Shown here piece by piece: positions 33,698 to 50,650 of a DNA stretch of 64,000 bases. Every line of letters starts with the position of its first letter. Position 1 is the stretch's first letter. The DNA is taken from assembly GCF_009914755.1 (NCBI RefSeq), contig NC_060928.1; one strand, written 5' to 3'. The notes under the pieces are model-generated. The model did not search any database, was not told where the DNA came from, and saw only the letters and a list, made by a program, of their open reading frames with translations. The DNA comes from the human T2T-CHM13v2.0 reference genome, Homo sapiens. The position numbers and the translations under genes were made by a program.

Positions 33698-36600
33698 TGA
33701 TGTTGAGCTTTTTTTCATGTTTGTTGGCTGCATAAATGTCTTCTTTTGAGAAGTGTCTGTTCATGTCCTTTGTCTACTTTTTAACAGGGTTGTTTGTTTT
33801 TTTCTTGTGTATTTGTTTAAGTTCTTTTAGACTATGGATATTAGACCTTTGTGTAGTTGCAAAAATTTTCTCCCATTCTGTAGGTTGTCTTTCTCACCAA
33901 TAATAGTTTCTTTTGCTGTGCAGAAGCTCTTTAGTTTAATTAGATCCCATTTGTCAATTTTTGCTTTTGTTGCAATTGCTTTTGACCTTTTTGTAATGAA
34001 ATCTTTGCCCATGCCTATGTCCTGAATGGGTATTGCCTAGATTTTCTTCTAGGGTTTTTACAGTTTGGGGTTTTACCTTTAAGTTTTTAATCCATCTTGA
34101 GTTAATTTTTATAGAAGGTGTAAGAAAGGGGTCCAGTTTCAATTTTCTGCATATGGCTAGCCAGTTCTCCCAGAACCATTGATTAAATAGGGAATTCTTT
34201 CCTTATTGCTTGTTTTTGCCAGGTTTGTTGAAGATCAGATGGTTGTAGATGTGCAGTCTTATTTCTGAGATCTCTATTCTGTTTCATTGCCCTATGTGTC
34301 TGTTTTTGTACCAGTACCATGCTGTTTTGGTTACTGTAGCCTTGTAGTAGAGTTTGAAGTTGGGTAATATGTATTGTTCTTTTTGCTTAAGATTGTTTTT
34401 GCTACACGGGCTTTTTTTGTTGTTGTTCTATATGAATTTCAAAGTAGTTTTTTCTAATTCTGTGAAGAAGGTCTGAGGTAGTTGAATGGGAATAGCATTG
34501 AATCTATGAATTAATTTGGGCAGTATGGCCATTTTCACAATATTGATTCTTCTTCTCCATTAACTTGGAATATTTCTCCATTTGTTTGTGTCCTCTCTGA
34601 CTTCCTTGAGCAGTGGTTTGTTGTTCTCCTTGAAGAGGTCCTTCACTTCCCTGGTTAGCTGTATTCCTAGGTATTTTATTCTCTTTGTAGCAATTGTGAA
34701 TGGGAGTTCATTCATGATTTGGCTCTCTGCTTGTCTATGGTTTTTGGACAGGAATGCTTGTGACTTTTGCATATTGATTTTGTATCCTGAGACTTTGCTG
34801 AAGTTATTTATCAGCTTAAGAAGCTTTTGGGCCAAGACAATGGGGTTTTCTAGGTATAGGATCATGTCATCTGCAAACAGAGGCAGTTTAACTTTCTCTC
34901 TTCCTATTTGAATCCTCTGTTTTTTCCTCTTGCCTGATCGCCCTGACCAGAAATTCCAATACTATGTTGAATAGGAGTGGTGAGAGAGAGCATCCTTGTC
35001 TTATGCCAGTTTTCAAGGGGAATGCTTCCAGCTTTTGCCCATTCAGTATGATATTGCTGTGGGTTTGTCATAAATGGCTCTTATTATCTTGAGGTGTGTT
35101 CCATCAATACCTAGTTTATTGAGAGTTTTTAACATGAAAGGATGCTGAATTTTACTGAAGGCCTTTTCTGCATCTATTGAGATAATCTTGTGGTTTTTGT
35201 TTTTAGTTCTGTTTATGTGATGAATTATGCTTATTGATTTGCATACATTGAACCAGCCTTGCATCCTGGGGATGAAGCTGACTTGATTGTGGTGGATAAG
35301 CTTTTTGATTTGCTGCTGGATTTAGTTTGCCAGTATTTTATTGATGATTTTTGCATTGATGTTCATCAGGAATATTGGCCTGAAGTTTTCTTTTTTTGTT
35401 TTATCTCTGCCAGGTTTTGGTATCAGAATGATGCTGGCCTCATAAAATGAGTTAGGGAGGATAGTCTCCTTTTATAGTTTGGAATAATTTCAGAAGAAAT
35501 GGTACCAGCTTCTCTTTATACTTCTGGTAGGATTCAGCTGTAAATCCATCTGGTCCTAGACTTTTTTTTGTTGGTTGGCTATTTCTTACTGCCTCAATTT
35601 CAGAACTTGTTACTGTTCTATTCAGGAATTCAACTTCTTTCTGATTCAGTCATGGGAGGGTGTATATATACAGGAATTTATCCATTTCTTCTAAATTTTC
35701 TAGTTTATTTGCATAGAGGTGTTTATAGTATTCTCTAATGGTTGCTTGCATTTCTGTGGGATCAGTTATGATATCTCCTTTATCATTTTTTTATTGTGTC
35801 TGTTTGATTCTCCTCTCTTTTCTTGTTTATTAGTCTAGCTAGTAGTCTATTTTATAAATTTTTTCAAAAAACCAGCTCCTGGATTAGTTGATTTTTTTTA
35901 AGGATTTTTCATGTCTCCATCTCCTTCAGTTCCAGTCTGATCTTGGTTATTTCTTGTCTTCTTCTAGCTTTAGGGTTTTTTTGCTCTTGGTTCTTTAGTT
36001 CTTTCAGTTGTGATGTTACAGTGTCAATTTGAGATCTTTCTAGCTTTTTGTTGTGGACATTTAGTGCTATACCTTTCCCTCTTAACACTGCTTTAGCTGC
36101 ATCCCAGAGATTCTGGTACGTTGTCTTTTTGTTATCCTTGGTTTCAAAGAACTTCTTGATTTCTGCCTTAATTTCATTATTTACCCAGTAGACATTCAGG
36201 AGCAGGTTGTTTAGTTTCCATGTAGTTGTGTGGTTTTGGGTGAGTTTCTTAATCTTGAGTTCTAATTTGATTGTGCTATGGTCTGAGAGACTGTTATGAT
36301 TTCAGTTCTTATGCATTTGCTGAGGAGTGTTTTACTTCCAATTATGTCATGGATTTGAGAGTAAGTGCCATGTGGCACTGAGAAGAATGTATATTCTGTT
36401 GTTTTGGGTGGAGAGTTCTGTAGATATCTATCAGGTCCACTTGATCTACAGCTGAGTCCAAGTCCTGAGTATCTTTGTTAATTTTCTGTCTCAATGATCT
36501 GTTTAATATTGACAGCGGGGTGTTAAATTCTCCCACTATTATTGTGTGGGAGTCTAAGTCTCTTGGTAGGTCTCTATGAACTTGTTTTATGAATCTGGGT

Positions 36601-39002
36601 ACTCCTGTGTTGGGTGAATATATATTTAGGATAGTTAGTTCTTCTTGTTGAATTGAACCCTTTACCATTATGTAATGCCCTTCTTAATTTTTTTTTCTTT
36701 GTTAGTTTAAAGTCTGTTGTGTCAGAAACCAGGATTGCAATTCTTGCATTTTTCTGCTTTCCATTTGCTTCGTAAATTTTCCTTCATCTCTTTATTTTGA
36801 GCCTATGTGTGTCTTTGCACATGAGATGGGTCTCTTGAATACAGGACCTGATGGGTCTTGACTCTTTATTCAGCTTGACATTTTGTGTCTTTTAATTGGG
36901 GCATTTAGCCCATTTATATTTAAGGTTAATATTGTTATGTGTGAAGTTTATCCTGTCATCGTGATGCTAGCTGGCTATTTTGCATACTTGCTGATGTAGT
37001 TGCTTCATAGTGTCATTGGTTTTTGTACTTCAGTGTGTTTTTGTAGTGGCCATTAATGGTTTTTCCTTTCCATATTTAGTGCTTCCTTCAAGAGCTCTTG
37101 CAAGGCAGGCCTGGAGGTGATGAATTGCCTCAGGATTTGGTTGTCTGAAAAGGATTTTCTCTTTCACTTAGGAAGCTTAATTTGGGCAGACATGAAATTC
37201 TGGGTTGGAAATTCTTTCCTTTAAGAATGTGGAATATTGAGCCCCAATCTCTTCTGGCTTGTAGTGTTTCTGCTGAGAGGTCCACTGTTAGGTTGATGGC
37301 CTTCTTTCTGTAGGTGATCTGGCCTTTCTCTTTGGCTGCCCTTAACATTTTTTCCTTCATTTTGACCTTGGAGGTAAATAAATATGTGTCTTGGGGTTGA
37401 TCTTCTCACGGGGTATATTACAGGAATTCTCTGGATTTCCTGAATTGGAACGTTGGCCCATCTTGCTAGGTTGGGGAAGTTCTCCTGGATGATATCCTAA
37501 AGTATGTTTTCCAACTTGGTTCTCTTCTCCCTGTCTCTTTCAGGTACCCCAATCAGTTGTAGGTTTGGTCTTTTTCTATAATCCCATAGTTCTCAGAGAT
37601 TTCGTTTGTTCCTTTTCATTCTTTTTTTTTTTTTTTCCTAATTTCATCTGCCTGTCTCATTTCAGCAAGATAGTCTTCAAGCTCTGAAATTCTTTCCTCC
37701 ACTTGGTCTATTCGGCTATTGATATTTGTGGTTGCATTGTGAAGTTCTTGTGTTGTTTTTCAGCTCCATCAGGTTATTTATGCTCCTCTCTACACTGGTT
37801 ATTCTGGTAACAACTCCTGTATTGTTTTATCATGTTCCTTAGCTTCTTTGCATTGAGTTAGAACATGTTCTTTTAGCTCAGTGAAGTTTGTTATTACCCA
37901 CCTTCTGAAGCCTGCTTCTGTCAAATTCATCCATCTCAGCCTCTGCCCAAATCTGTGCCCTTGGTAGAAAGGTGTTGCAACCATTTGAAGGAGAAGAGGC
38001 ACTCTGGCTTTTTCAGTTTTCAGCAATTTTTCGTTGATTCTCATCTTTGAGAGTTAATCTAGCTTCAATCTTTGAGGCTGCTGAACTTGGGATGGGGTTT
38101 TTGTGGGGACTTTTTTGTTGATGCTGTTGTTGTTGTTGTTTTCTGTTTGCTTGTTTCTCTTTTAACAGTCAGGCCCTTCTTCCATAGGGCTGCTGCGATT
38201 TGCTGGGGGTCCACTCCCAACCCTATTTTCCTGGGTCCCTCCTGGACCTGAAGGTGTCACCAGTGGAGGCTGCAGAAGAGCAAAGATGGCTGCCTGCTCC
38301 TTTCTCTGGGAGCTCTGTCCCAGAGGGGCACCAACTTAATACTAGCAGGAACGGTCTTGTATAAGGTGTCTGGCAACCTCTGTTGGGAGGTCTCACCTAA
38401 TTAGGAGGCACAGGATCAGGGATCTGCTTAACGAAGCACTCTGGCTGCCCCTTAGCGGAGATGGTGCACTGTGCTGTGGGGAATCCCACTCATCTGGACT
38501 GCCTGGACTTCTCAGAGCCAGCTGGTGGAAAGACTAAGTCTGCTGATCCACAGAGACCGCGACCATCCCTCCCTACAGGGCTTCGTCCCAGGGAGATTAG
38601 AGTTTTGTCCATAAACCCCTGGCTGGAATTGCTGAAATTCCCGCAGGGAGGCCCCGCCTAGTGAGGAGGCAGTCTGGCCACAATCAGCCACAGCCACTGT
38701 GCTGCACTGTGGAAAATTCCTCCTGGATCCAAACTACAGACTAGAGCTGCAGTGATGACTGCTGCCCCTCCCCCGGGGAGCTCAGTTGTCTTAGGCCAAA
38801 GGCAGCTGCAGTGATAATGGCTCCCCGCCTCCCTGCACCCCGGAACTCAGTAGCTCAGTAGTCTTCAGCAGTCTCCAGCTGAGTGGCCACTGAGAATCTG
38901 CACAGCTCTGTGCTTGGGAACCAAGGTCCCAAGGCATGGGCTCACAAGAGGGACCTCCTGATCTGCGGGTTGCACAGATCCATAGAAAAAGTGTGGTTTC
39001 TC

Positions 39003-39444
39003 TGTGAGAAAATATTTGAAATGGTCCATTTTCAAGGCATGATAAATCTAAGTATGGCAGCCAGTCTGCAAATGTGACAAACCGCATGGCTCATGCGCCT
39101 AGAAGGTCACAATAAGAGAACAGAATGTAGAGGAGGGGTCAACCCACGAGAGAGAAGAAAGTTTCATTATTGCGAAATCAAAACTGAAGTGGAGAAGGGG
39201 ACGGGGTATAACCTTATAAGAGGGATAATGAAACTTAGGCGACAACTGGGAAGATTGTAACCCCATAGTACTCAACCAATGAGGAACGGGGGGAGGGACT
39301 TGCGTGCTAGGAGATAAATTACCTGTTGTGACTGCCGTGGATGTGCCTGCTCACCAGACACCCAATCTTGCAAGACTGTTATTAAAAGTCTCACTTTTGC
39401 TGTTCTTCATGCCTCTAAGTCCATTCTTTGGGTTTAGACGGGTG
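39003..39444 (+). mobile_element. LTR15-like solo LTR (ERV1), 3'-clipped, inside the L1PA 5' UTR
   Basis: Begins TGTGAGAAAATATTTGAAATGGTCCATTTTCAAGGCATGATAAATC, has CCAAT (~39276) and ATTAAA (~39381), and ends TTTGGGTTTAGACGGGTG. Matches my recalled LTR15 consensus. Confidence 0.8.
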
Positions 39445-39799
39445 GGAGCTCCCCTTACCCCGTGTGGCTCCCAGGTGGGCTGTCACCACCCTGCTTTTAC
39501 CCGCTCTCCATGGGTCGCACCAACCTCCTAGCCAGTCCCAATGAAAGAACCTGGATACCTCAGTTGCCATTTTTGTTCTTCTCAGCGGCAGGCCCAGACT
39601 ACAGCTGTTTCTAGTCAGCCATCTTGGCCCCTGGAGATATTTTTTATCTTGATCATGGTTCTGGTTTCACAAGTGAAGACATTCGTGAAAGACCATCAAA
39701 TTGTACAGCTCGTTGTATGTGGATTATCCTTCATACAATAATAAAAAATGATTTACCATTTCAAATGGATCAGATTTGGGAAAAATTGGTACAGTCATT

Positions 39800-40095
39800 T
39801 CGTTGTTTTTTGTTGTTGTTTGTTTGTTTGTTTGTTTTTGTTTTTGTTTTTTTGAGGTAGAGTCTCAATTTGTCACCCAAGCTGGAGTGCAGTGGTGCAA
39901 TCTCGGCTCACTGAAGCCTCGACCTCGCAGGTTCAAGTGATCCTCCTTCCTCAGCCCCCAAAGTAGCTAGGGCTAAAGGCACACACCAGTACACCTGGCT
40001 AAGTTTTATGTATTTTTAATAGAGACGGGGTTTCATCATGTTGCCCAGGCTGTTCTCAAACTCCTGAACTCAAATGATCTACCTACCTCAGCCTC
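39800..40095 (-). mobile_element. AluJ-like
   Basis: Antisense Alu, left end truncated. Confidence 0.85.
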
Positions 40096-40583
40096 ATTCT
40101 GGAGAGCAATTATCTGGTAAAACTGAAGGTGCAAATACCTTGTGGTACTAATGCATGCAAGCAGACATATGCAAGGTTGTTCAATGCTGTGGTGTTTATA
40201 ACACTGAAAAATTGAGAACAACCTAAAGATCTGACAGCAGGAAAATGGATAAGTAAATTGTGGTATGCTCATACTATGGAAGACTATAGAACAGTGAAAA
40301 TAAATGAACTATAGCTACATGTATCAAATTGTGTACATAAACCTCAACACAGTGTTGAAGGAAAAATTTGCACAAGTATTTAACCGTATCCTTTTTGTAA
40401 ATACAAAGCAGTACTATATGTTGCTTTTTGACATAGGCATATATGTAAGTATATGAATATGTGGACAGGAATGGTCTCCTTCTTCAGAATTGTGGTTACC
40501 TCTGGGCTAGGACAGTATGGAAGCAGACCCAAAGGGTACCAAAATATAAAGTTTTAAGTATAAAAGCATAAAATTTTATTTCT

Positions 40584-41124
<541 letters not shown>

Positions 41125-41292
41125 TTTATTTCTTAAAGTTAAAAAAATATCTGAAGCAAATATGACAAGATGTCCACATTTGTTAAAATCTGAGTGGTAG
41201 GTAAATGTTTTTATATTCTGTTATTTTCCAAGTTTCAATTATTTTACTGTTTAAAAAAGCTTGTATAATATGAGAGAGTACATTTACCTGAA

Positions 41293-41655
41293 TGTTTTGT
41301 TTGCCACCTTTATTAGGTTGTGAGGACTGCCATAACAAAATACCACAGCCTGCATGGCTTAAACAACAGAAATTTATTTTCTCATGGTTCTGGAGGCTGG
41401 AAGTCCAAGATCAAGGTGTTGGTAGAATTGGACTTGGAGACAGCTGCCATCTGTACGTATCCTCAGGGGGTCTTTTCTCTGCATGCACATCCCTGCTGTC
41501 TCTTTCTCTTCTTATAAGGACCCCAGTCATATTGAATTAGGGCTCCACCCTTATGACCTCCTTTAATTTTAAAGGCCCTATCTCCAATTACTGTCACACT
41601 GGGGATTAGGGCTTCAAAATATGAATTTGGGGAGGACATGATTCAGCCATAACAC
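41293..41655 (-). mobile_element. MLT1A/B MaLR LTR
   Basis: ctgccataacaaaataccacag..ggcttaaacaacagaaatttattttctc..ggctggaagtccaagatcaagg..attcagccataaca. Confidence 0.8.
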
Positions 41656-42819
41656 CACCCAAAGTATTATATAAAGGTTGTAAGCACCTATGTATGCATT
41701 AGCCAGTACCCCTTCTTAGTCATATCCCCAGTGGAAGATTGAGATAGGATAAGGATCTTGAAACTATTGAGTCTTCAACCCACCTATAAACCCTTCCTAA
41801 AGTGAGTGTGAGAAGCTTTTACTTAAGTGTAGGAACTTTTCAACCTGGATCTGCAGTACCTATTTTGACTACTGAGATCAAGTTCTTTCTTATGACCAGG
41901 CTCATGGTTCTATTCTACAGAGTTGTGAACCAGAACAGCTCATTTCTCAATTATGACAGATATATTAATTTGCTGCAGCCCTTGTGTATTTCCTAAAATT
42001 CTCAGTCCTGAATGGATAACAGTTTGTATGATAGATACAATTCACTCATTGAATTCAACAAACATTGGGTGCTCATTGTGTGCCGGATTCTCAAAACATT
42101 GGTAGGAGAGCAAAAATCAATAAAATACAGCTTCATTTCTGGGATTCACTCTTCAAATACTGTTCAAAGTGAGGGAGAGGAAGCTGAAAATGGTAATAGC
42201 TCTAAAGTCAGATATTTTCTAGGGAATAATATCCCAATCCTTGCTCTTACATGTTTTATACCTGCATATTTCTACCTTTGCTTCTTAGATGATAAATTCC
42301 TTGCATACAAGGAAAAGAACTTAAATGTTCTATACACCAAATGCTTGTTGACTGTTTTTAATGTGAACTCTCTACATTTTTCTTATTTATAATAGAAACA
42401 TATTTTCAGTGTCTGGATTTCTCATGTATTGTGGAGGGCAAAGCTTTCATTCCACCTCTTGATATGTTTAATCAGGTCCTTGGGGCTGGGGAGTGGATAG
42501 TCTCCAAAGATGGCCACTATCAATTCCTTCCCTTTTTGTAAGCCTGAGTTGTTCCATTCATCATGAAGTGGGATCTACCTCCACTCCCCTTCTACTTGGG
42601 CTGGCCTTGCAGCTTGCTTTAACCTTACCCTTTAAGAAACCACGGAGCCTCCATTGTCACCCTGGGAAGTCAGCAGCCATGTGTGAAGTCTAGTTACCTA
42701 GAGCCCACTGTGCTATGAGGAAGTCCAAATTAGTCTCATGGAAAGGCCATGTTGGAAGAGAAAGAGAATGTCATTCTCCACTTACTACAACATCATCTCT
42801 ACTAAGAAAATTAACACGC

Positions 42820-43171
<352 letters not shown>

Positions 43172-43205
43172 TCAATTATTCACCAAATATATATTTTACA
43201 GCTAG

Positions 43206-43611
<406 letters not shown>

Positions 43612-44153
43612 TAATCTAGAACAGTTCCTTTGCTTTCCTCTGACATTAACATTTGGAATATTCTTGGTTCTGGATTTGTATAAGTATCTCCTCTTGATGT
43701 TCAACTTGATCCTGTAATCTATAGTCTATAAACTGGAAGTGATATCTAAAAGCTTAAATAGGTACAGGTTAAATATTTCTGGCAAAGTATTTCATTGATG
43801 GTGCTATAAACTTAATATCGCCTTTACATCAGGAGTTAGATAAGAGATCTTTAATTTTGATTGAATAATTCATCATGGTAGAGAAGAAGTCCCAAAGGAT
43901 CCAGAGAGCTGTGGCAGCAGGAACTCTGTTCACAATCATAAAATACTCTTGTCCGTGTAGTACTGTTAGATCTTTCCTGCACTTCTTTGAAAACTTAATT
44001 CTTGTCCCAGCTTCACCAATGAGTTTTTATTCAGCTCTTTTTAAATGATGATGGTGTTTTGATTTTCTCTTTTTAATTGACAAGTTAAAATTGTATATAC
44101 TTATGGTGTACAATATGATGTTTTGGTATATGTACATGTTGTGAAATGGCTAA

Positions 44154-44882
<729 letters not shown>

Positions 44883-44912
44883 AGCAATTTTCAAGGATAC
44901 AATACAGTATTG

Positions 44913-45238
44913 CTGGGTGTAGTGGCTTGTACCTGTAATTCTAGCACTTTAAGAGTCCAGATGGGCAGATAGCTTGAGCCCAGGAGTTTGAGACCAGCCT
45001 GGGGAACATGGTGAAACCTCGTCTCCAAAACATTTTTTAAAATACAAAAGTTAGCTGCGCGCAGTGGCACATGCCTACAGTCCCAGCTACTCAGGAGGCT
45101 GAGGTGGGAGGATCACTTGAGTCAAGGAGGTCGGGGCTGCAGTGGGCTAGGATCACACCACCGTACTCCAGCCTGGGTGACAGAGCAAGACCCTGTTTCA
45201 AAACAGAATAAAAGAAACAAACAAACAAAAACCAAACA
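44913..45238 (+). mobile_element. AluJ-like in L1MA
   Basis: Sense Alu. Confidence 0.88.
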
Positions 45239-48200
45239 AGATAGTATATAAACTGCAGTTACAAGATGTGCAGTAGATCTTTTGAACTTATTCCATCTAA
45301 CTGAAATTTTGTGTCCTTTGACCAACATCTCCCCAATCCTCCCACCCGCAGCCACTGCTAACTACTGTTTTTCTCTTCATTTTTATGAGATCAATTATTT
45401 TTTTACATTCCACATATAGTGGTATTATGCTGTATTTGTCTTTTTGTGCCTGACATATTTCAGTTAACATGATGTTCTCCAGGTTCACTCACATCACAAA
45501 TGACAGGATTTTCTTCTTTCTTGAGACTGAATGGCATTCCACTGTGTATTATGCCACATTTTCTTTATTCATCTTCCACTGATGGACACACGGGCTGATT
45601 CCATACCTTGGCTATTATGAATAGTGCTGCAATTAACATGGGAGTGCAGATATCTCTTTGACATACTGATTTCATTTCCTTTAGATATATACCCAGCAGT
45701 GGGATTGCTAGATCATATGGTAGTTCTATTTTTAAGTTTTGGAGGAATTCCTATACTGTTTTCCATAGTGGCTGTACTAATTTACATTCTCACCAACGGT
45801 GTACGTGGGTTCCCTTTTCCCCACATCTTTCCATCACTTGTGGTTCTAATTTGCATTTCTCTGTTGATTAGTCATGTTGAGCATTTTTTCATACACCTAT
45901 TGGCCACGTATGTCTTCTTTTCAGAAATGTCGATTCAGATCCTTTGCCATTTTAAAATCAGATTGTTTACTTGTTATTGAGTTATTTGAGTTCCTGATAT
46001 ATTTTGGCTATTCATACCTTATCAGATGAATTGCTTGTAAATATATTCTCCCATTCTGCAGGTTGTCTCTTCGCTCTGTTGATTGTTTCCTTTGCTCTGA
46101 AAAGCTTTTTAGTTTGATGGAATCCTTTTTATCTATTTTTGCTTTTGTCGCCTGTGTGTTTGGGGTCACACCCAAAAACTTATTGCCTTGACTAGTGTCA
46201 TGGAACTTTTCCCTTATGTTTTCCTTCTGTAGTTTTATAGTTTCAGAACTTGTATTTTAAGTCTTTCTCCATTTGGAGTTGTTTTTTTTTGGCATATAGT
46301 GTGAGATGAGAGTCTACTTTCATTCTTCTTCATTGGATATCCAGTTTTCCCAGTGCCATTTATCGAAGAGACTGTCCTTTTCCTACAGTGTGTTCCTGGC
46401 ATCTTTGCCAAAAATCCATTGACCACAAATGTGTGGCTTTCTCTCTGGGCTCTCTATCCGGTTTCATTGGTCTGTGCATCTGTTTTTATGCCAGTACCAT
46501 GCTCTTTTGATTTTCATCAAGCAAACGTACTAATCTTTTCACAATATCAAAAGAATATTGTCATGATTGATACTAATTAAGGAAAAAATCTCCGGGGAAC
46601 AAAATACATAACACGCAACGAGGTGGTATTTGACTTCTAATCTGTGAGTTCTCATTCACTAATGTGAGCTATTTTGCTTTTACCCAGTGTTCCTCATAAG
46701 AAGATTCCTAAATATTGTGAGCCTATTGCTTGAACATTAAAAATATATAATAAAAATGCATTTATCTAAGCAAACTGCATTATTAATCAGCATCATTTTG
46801 TTTACTAATTTTTAACCTACTTCAGAAGCCATATAAAGAGTTCTTCAAGAAAATAAATCCTTAAGCTTTAAAGTTTTTATTCTACCACTAAGCAATGACA
46901 ATCGATTTAACTTTTGTCACTTAAAAATACTGTAAACTTACTTACTTTATGTTCTAAATGTTGTCTATCTTCAGTAAGTGGATAGAAAGTATGTACCATT
47001 CTGTTTTGAGTTTGGGTTTTGGGATAGGGACCTGAGTTTAAATCTTGGTTCTGCCCTTTGTTAGTTTCATGTCTTTGAGCAGATCTTGCAATCTCCCAAA
47101 TCTGCTCTTTCTCCACGTATAAAAGACATGAGCAAATAGCTCGTGACGTTTGTACCAAGGATTAAATGAGGGTTGTTTTGTGAAAAATGTGGCATGAGCG
47201 GTCTTCATCTCCACTGAGCAGAGTCTGTGTGTTCACGGCACTTTTGGATCTTTGGTTTTAGATGACGAAATAAGGCATGCACCCATGTTTATGGGTTTGG
47301 ATTATTGCATAAAGTGAATATGTGTGCATGCAAATTTCTAGATTTTATGACATCTTTCTTGGAGCACGGTGACAAATTTGGAATCATAAAGCTATTAAAG
47401 TTTTCTGTTCCATGACATATAAGGGGTTACTCTGGGCTTGACAGGAAAAGGCACCTGAGGTCCCTAGTTAGAGACTTATCCAAAGCTGACTCCAGGATAG
47501 ACCAAGTGGCATTTCCAAATGTATTTGTTCAGAATCCTGGTGCCTGGGTCTAGCGGGTGAAATGCTAACCTGGCAGTCAGTAGCTGGTGCTCTTGCATGT
47601 TGTCTTGTGGGTTTTTTAAGATCTGGAAATTGAAAGCATGTGATATCAAAAAGAAGCCGCTAATCTCTATAAGCGAAGAGATGTGTTTATTTTTCCTTTG
47701 ACTCCCAGAACGCTGCCTGCCCCAGAAGCTCTGGTTACACAATTCCTACCTGACAGGTAAAGCTTCGGAAACTTCTGAGACTCACAGAAGCAGCAGAAAA
47801 ATCAAGTAGACTTGCCTTCCCCCAAGAGTCAGAAAGTTGTATAAACATCTTGGGCTGGGCTGATCCCATAGCCGATGGAACTGGTTTAACCAGGTGCTTC
47901 TGCCTGAACGCCAGTCTGGGAGAACAACACTGCCTTTGATCTCAGTGTGGCTTTGGGAACAATCTAGAAAGCTACTGTAGCCTTCAAGTGTTTGTTTTAA
48001 ATTGCAGTACTTAAAGGTAACCAGGAACTGCATTTAAACCCAAGTACTTGTTTAAACCAGGGAAGTAACTGCACTAGTATGACTTCTAAGCAATTTATCA
48101 TCTAGCTACACTTGCTATCCATGTTGTCTGTGAGGAGTTGGAAATGCTTCATTCCCTGAATTTCTGGCTAAAGTCCTGCTCCTTCAGTGGGACAGTATCC

Positions 48201-48291
48201 CCTTAATATGTCTTGAGGACAAATGTTATTACCTTTAAGTTTCAAAAGTCTGAGGCTCGGGACAAGTTGTCATGGTTATGCAGAAGTTTAA

Positions 48292-48795
<504 letters not shown>

Positions 48796-49732
48796 GTATC
48801 TTGGTATATCTCACTTTACTGGGTGCTAACTGTTGTCCATGCTACACTGGACATCTCCTGTTTTCTCCTCCAGATCTACTCTCCACCCTTCCCTCCTGCC
48901 TTGTGCTCTGGGAGGCTGACTTTCATGGATGGCACTTTTATGGACACCTCTCACTTCTGGTTGCTCTTTGCCAATAGGAGACACACAGAAGAAAGATGTG
49001 TAAGCTGAAGGAGGAGAGTGAGATTGAAGCATTTATCTCGCCAGCTTCTGCCCGGTGGGCTTGTCGTGGTTGGCTGAAGCCCTCTACCGAAGGCCACAGC
49101 TGTTGTAGACCTGCGTTTTCCATATACTTATTCTTTTTGGGTTCTATGAAAGTTCCAGAAACTTCCATGTCACTTTGACCTTGTAGACCTAGGGGTAGAA
49201 ATGGCTCTCTGCTGTAATAGCCTAGCCTTAAGATAATGCATGTTCTCTTGAGTGGTTTATTTTAACTTGGCCCACAACCTGGCAAATTGTCCCTCTATGA
49301 AATGCCCCTCCATTAACCCACTTGAATGTGTCATCTGTGTCCTGCCAGCGTCCTGAATGTCACACATGTGATCTTATTTAATTCTTATTGCAGCCAGGAA
49401 GAGTTTTATATTATTACCACATAGCACACTTGAGAAAGCCTCAGGGATGCGAAACACCTTGCCTGAAGTGACATACTTTGTAAACGGGAGGGCAGGACTC
49501 CAAGGGAGGCCCTCTGGCTCAGCTCTCCTGCCCCTTGCTATGCTGAACTCTGTTGGATTACCTCTGCGAGTCTCACACGTATGGTTTCACAGCCCCCTTT
49601 TCATAAAAATACTTGGCAAACCTCTTGACTTTCTTGAAATGAAATTAATAAATTATACAATTTATCTAAACACCTAATTTCCAATAAAATACATATATTA
49701 AAAATAAAAGGACAGTTATTTATAATAAAATA

Positions 49733-50650
49733 TAGTCATGAACTGCATAATGATGTTTTACTCAGTGACTGACCGTATATACGATGGTGGCCCCATAAGA
49801 TTACAGAGCTGAAAAATCTCTAGTGACATTGTAGCCATTGCGCTGTTGCGGTGCAATTTCTATTTTCCATTTTTTTTGAGACAAGATCTCGCTCTATCAC
49901 TTAGGCTGAGGTGCAGTGGTGCAATCACAGCTCACTGCAACCTTGACCTCCTGAGCTAAAGCAATCTTCCCACCTCATCCCACCCCTCCTCCCCATTACC
50001 CCCCAATCCCACCCCACCGCCCCCACAGTGGGACTACAAGTGCCTGCCGGCATGCCCAGCTAATTTTTAAAAAAAATCTTAGTGGAGATGAAGTCTCGCC
50101 ATATTGCCCAGGCTGGCCTTGAACACCTGGGCTCAAAGCAGTCCTCCCGCCTCAGCCTCCCAAAGTGCTGGGATGCAATTACTTTTTAAAAAGTAAAATT
50201 TGGTATAGCCTAAGTGTACAGCATTTACAAAGTCTGCAGTAGTGTACAGTAACGTCCTTGGCCTTCACATTCACTCACCAGTCACTCACTCACTCACTCG
50301 CCCAGAGCAACTTCCAGTCCTGCAAGCTCCATTTGTGGTAAGTGCCTAGACTGGTGTAGCATTTTTTATCTTTTTTACGGCACTTTTTACTTTGCCTTTT
50401 CTATGTTTAGATATGCCTAGATACACAAATACTTCCCACTGGGTTCCAGTTGCCTTTAATATTCAGTACAGTAACACGCTGCACAGGTTTGTAGTCTAGG
50501 AGCAAGAGGCTATCGCCTGTAGCCTAGGTGTGTAGTAGGCTATACCACTGAGGTTTGTGTAAGTCCATTCTACGATGTTCACACAGTGATGAAATCGCCT
50601 AGTAATGCATTTCTCCACATGTAGTCCTGTTATTAGGTGACACGTGACTA
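49733..50650. mobile_element. Tigger3/Golem-type TcMar element split by an Alu
   Basis: TIR-like tagtcatgaactgcataatga ... ttattaggtgacacgtgacta, with internal Tigger3 phrases (cactcactcgcccagagcaacttccagtcctgcaagctcc). Confidence 0.8.
49871..50175 (-). mobile_element. AluJ-like inside Tigger3, with a C-rich insert
   Basis: Antisense Alu. Confidence 0.85.

Noticed and set aside
38745-38875. Imperfect tandem repeat (agctgcagtgat..ctcagt.gtctt)
   Set aside because: Appears to be an intrinsic repeat of the older L1PA 5' UTR.
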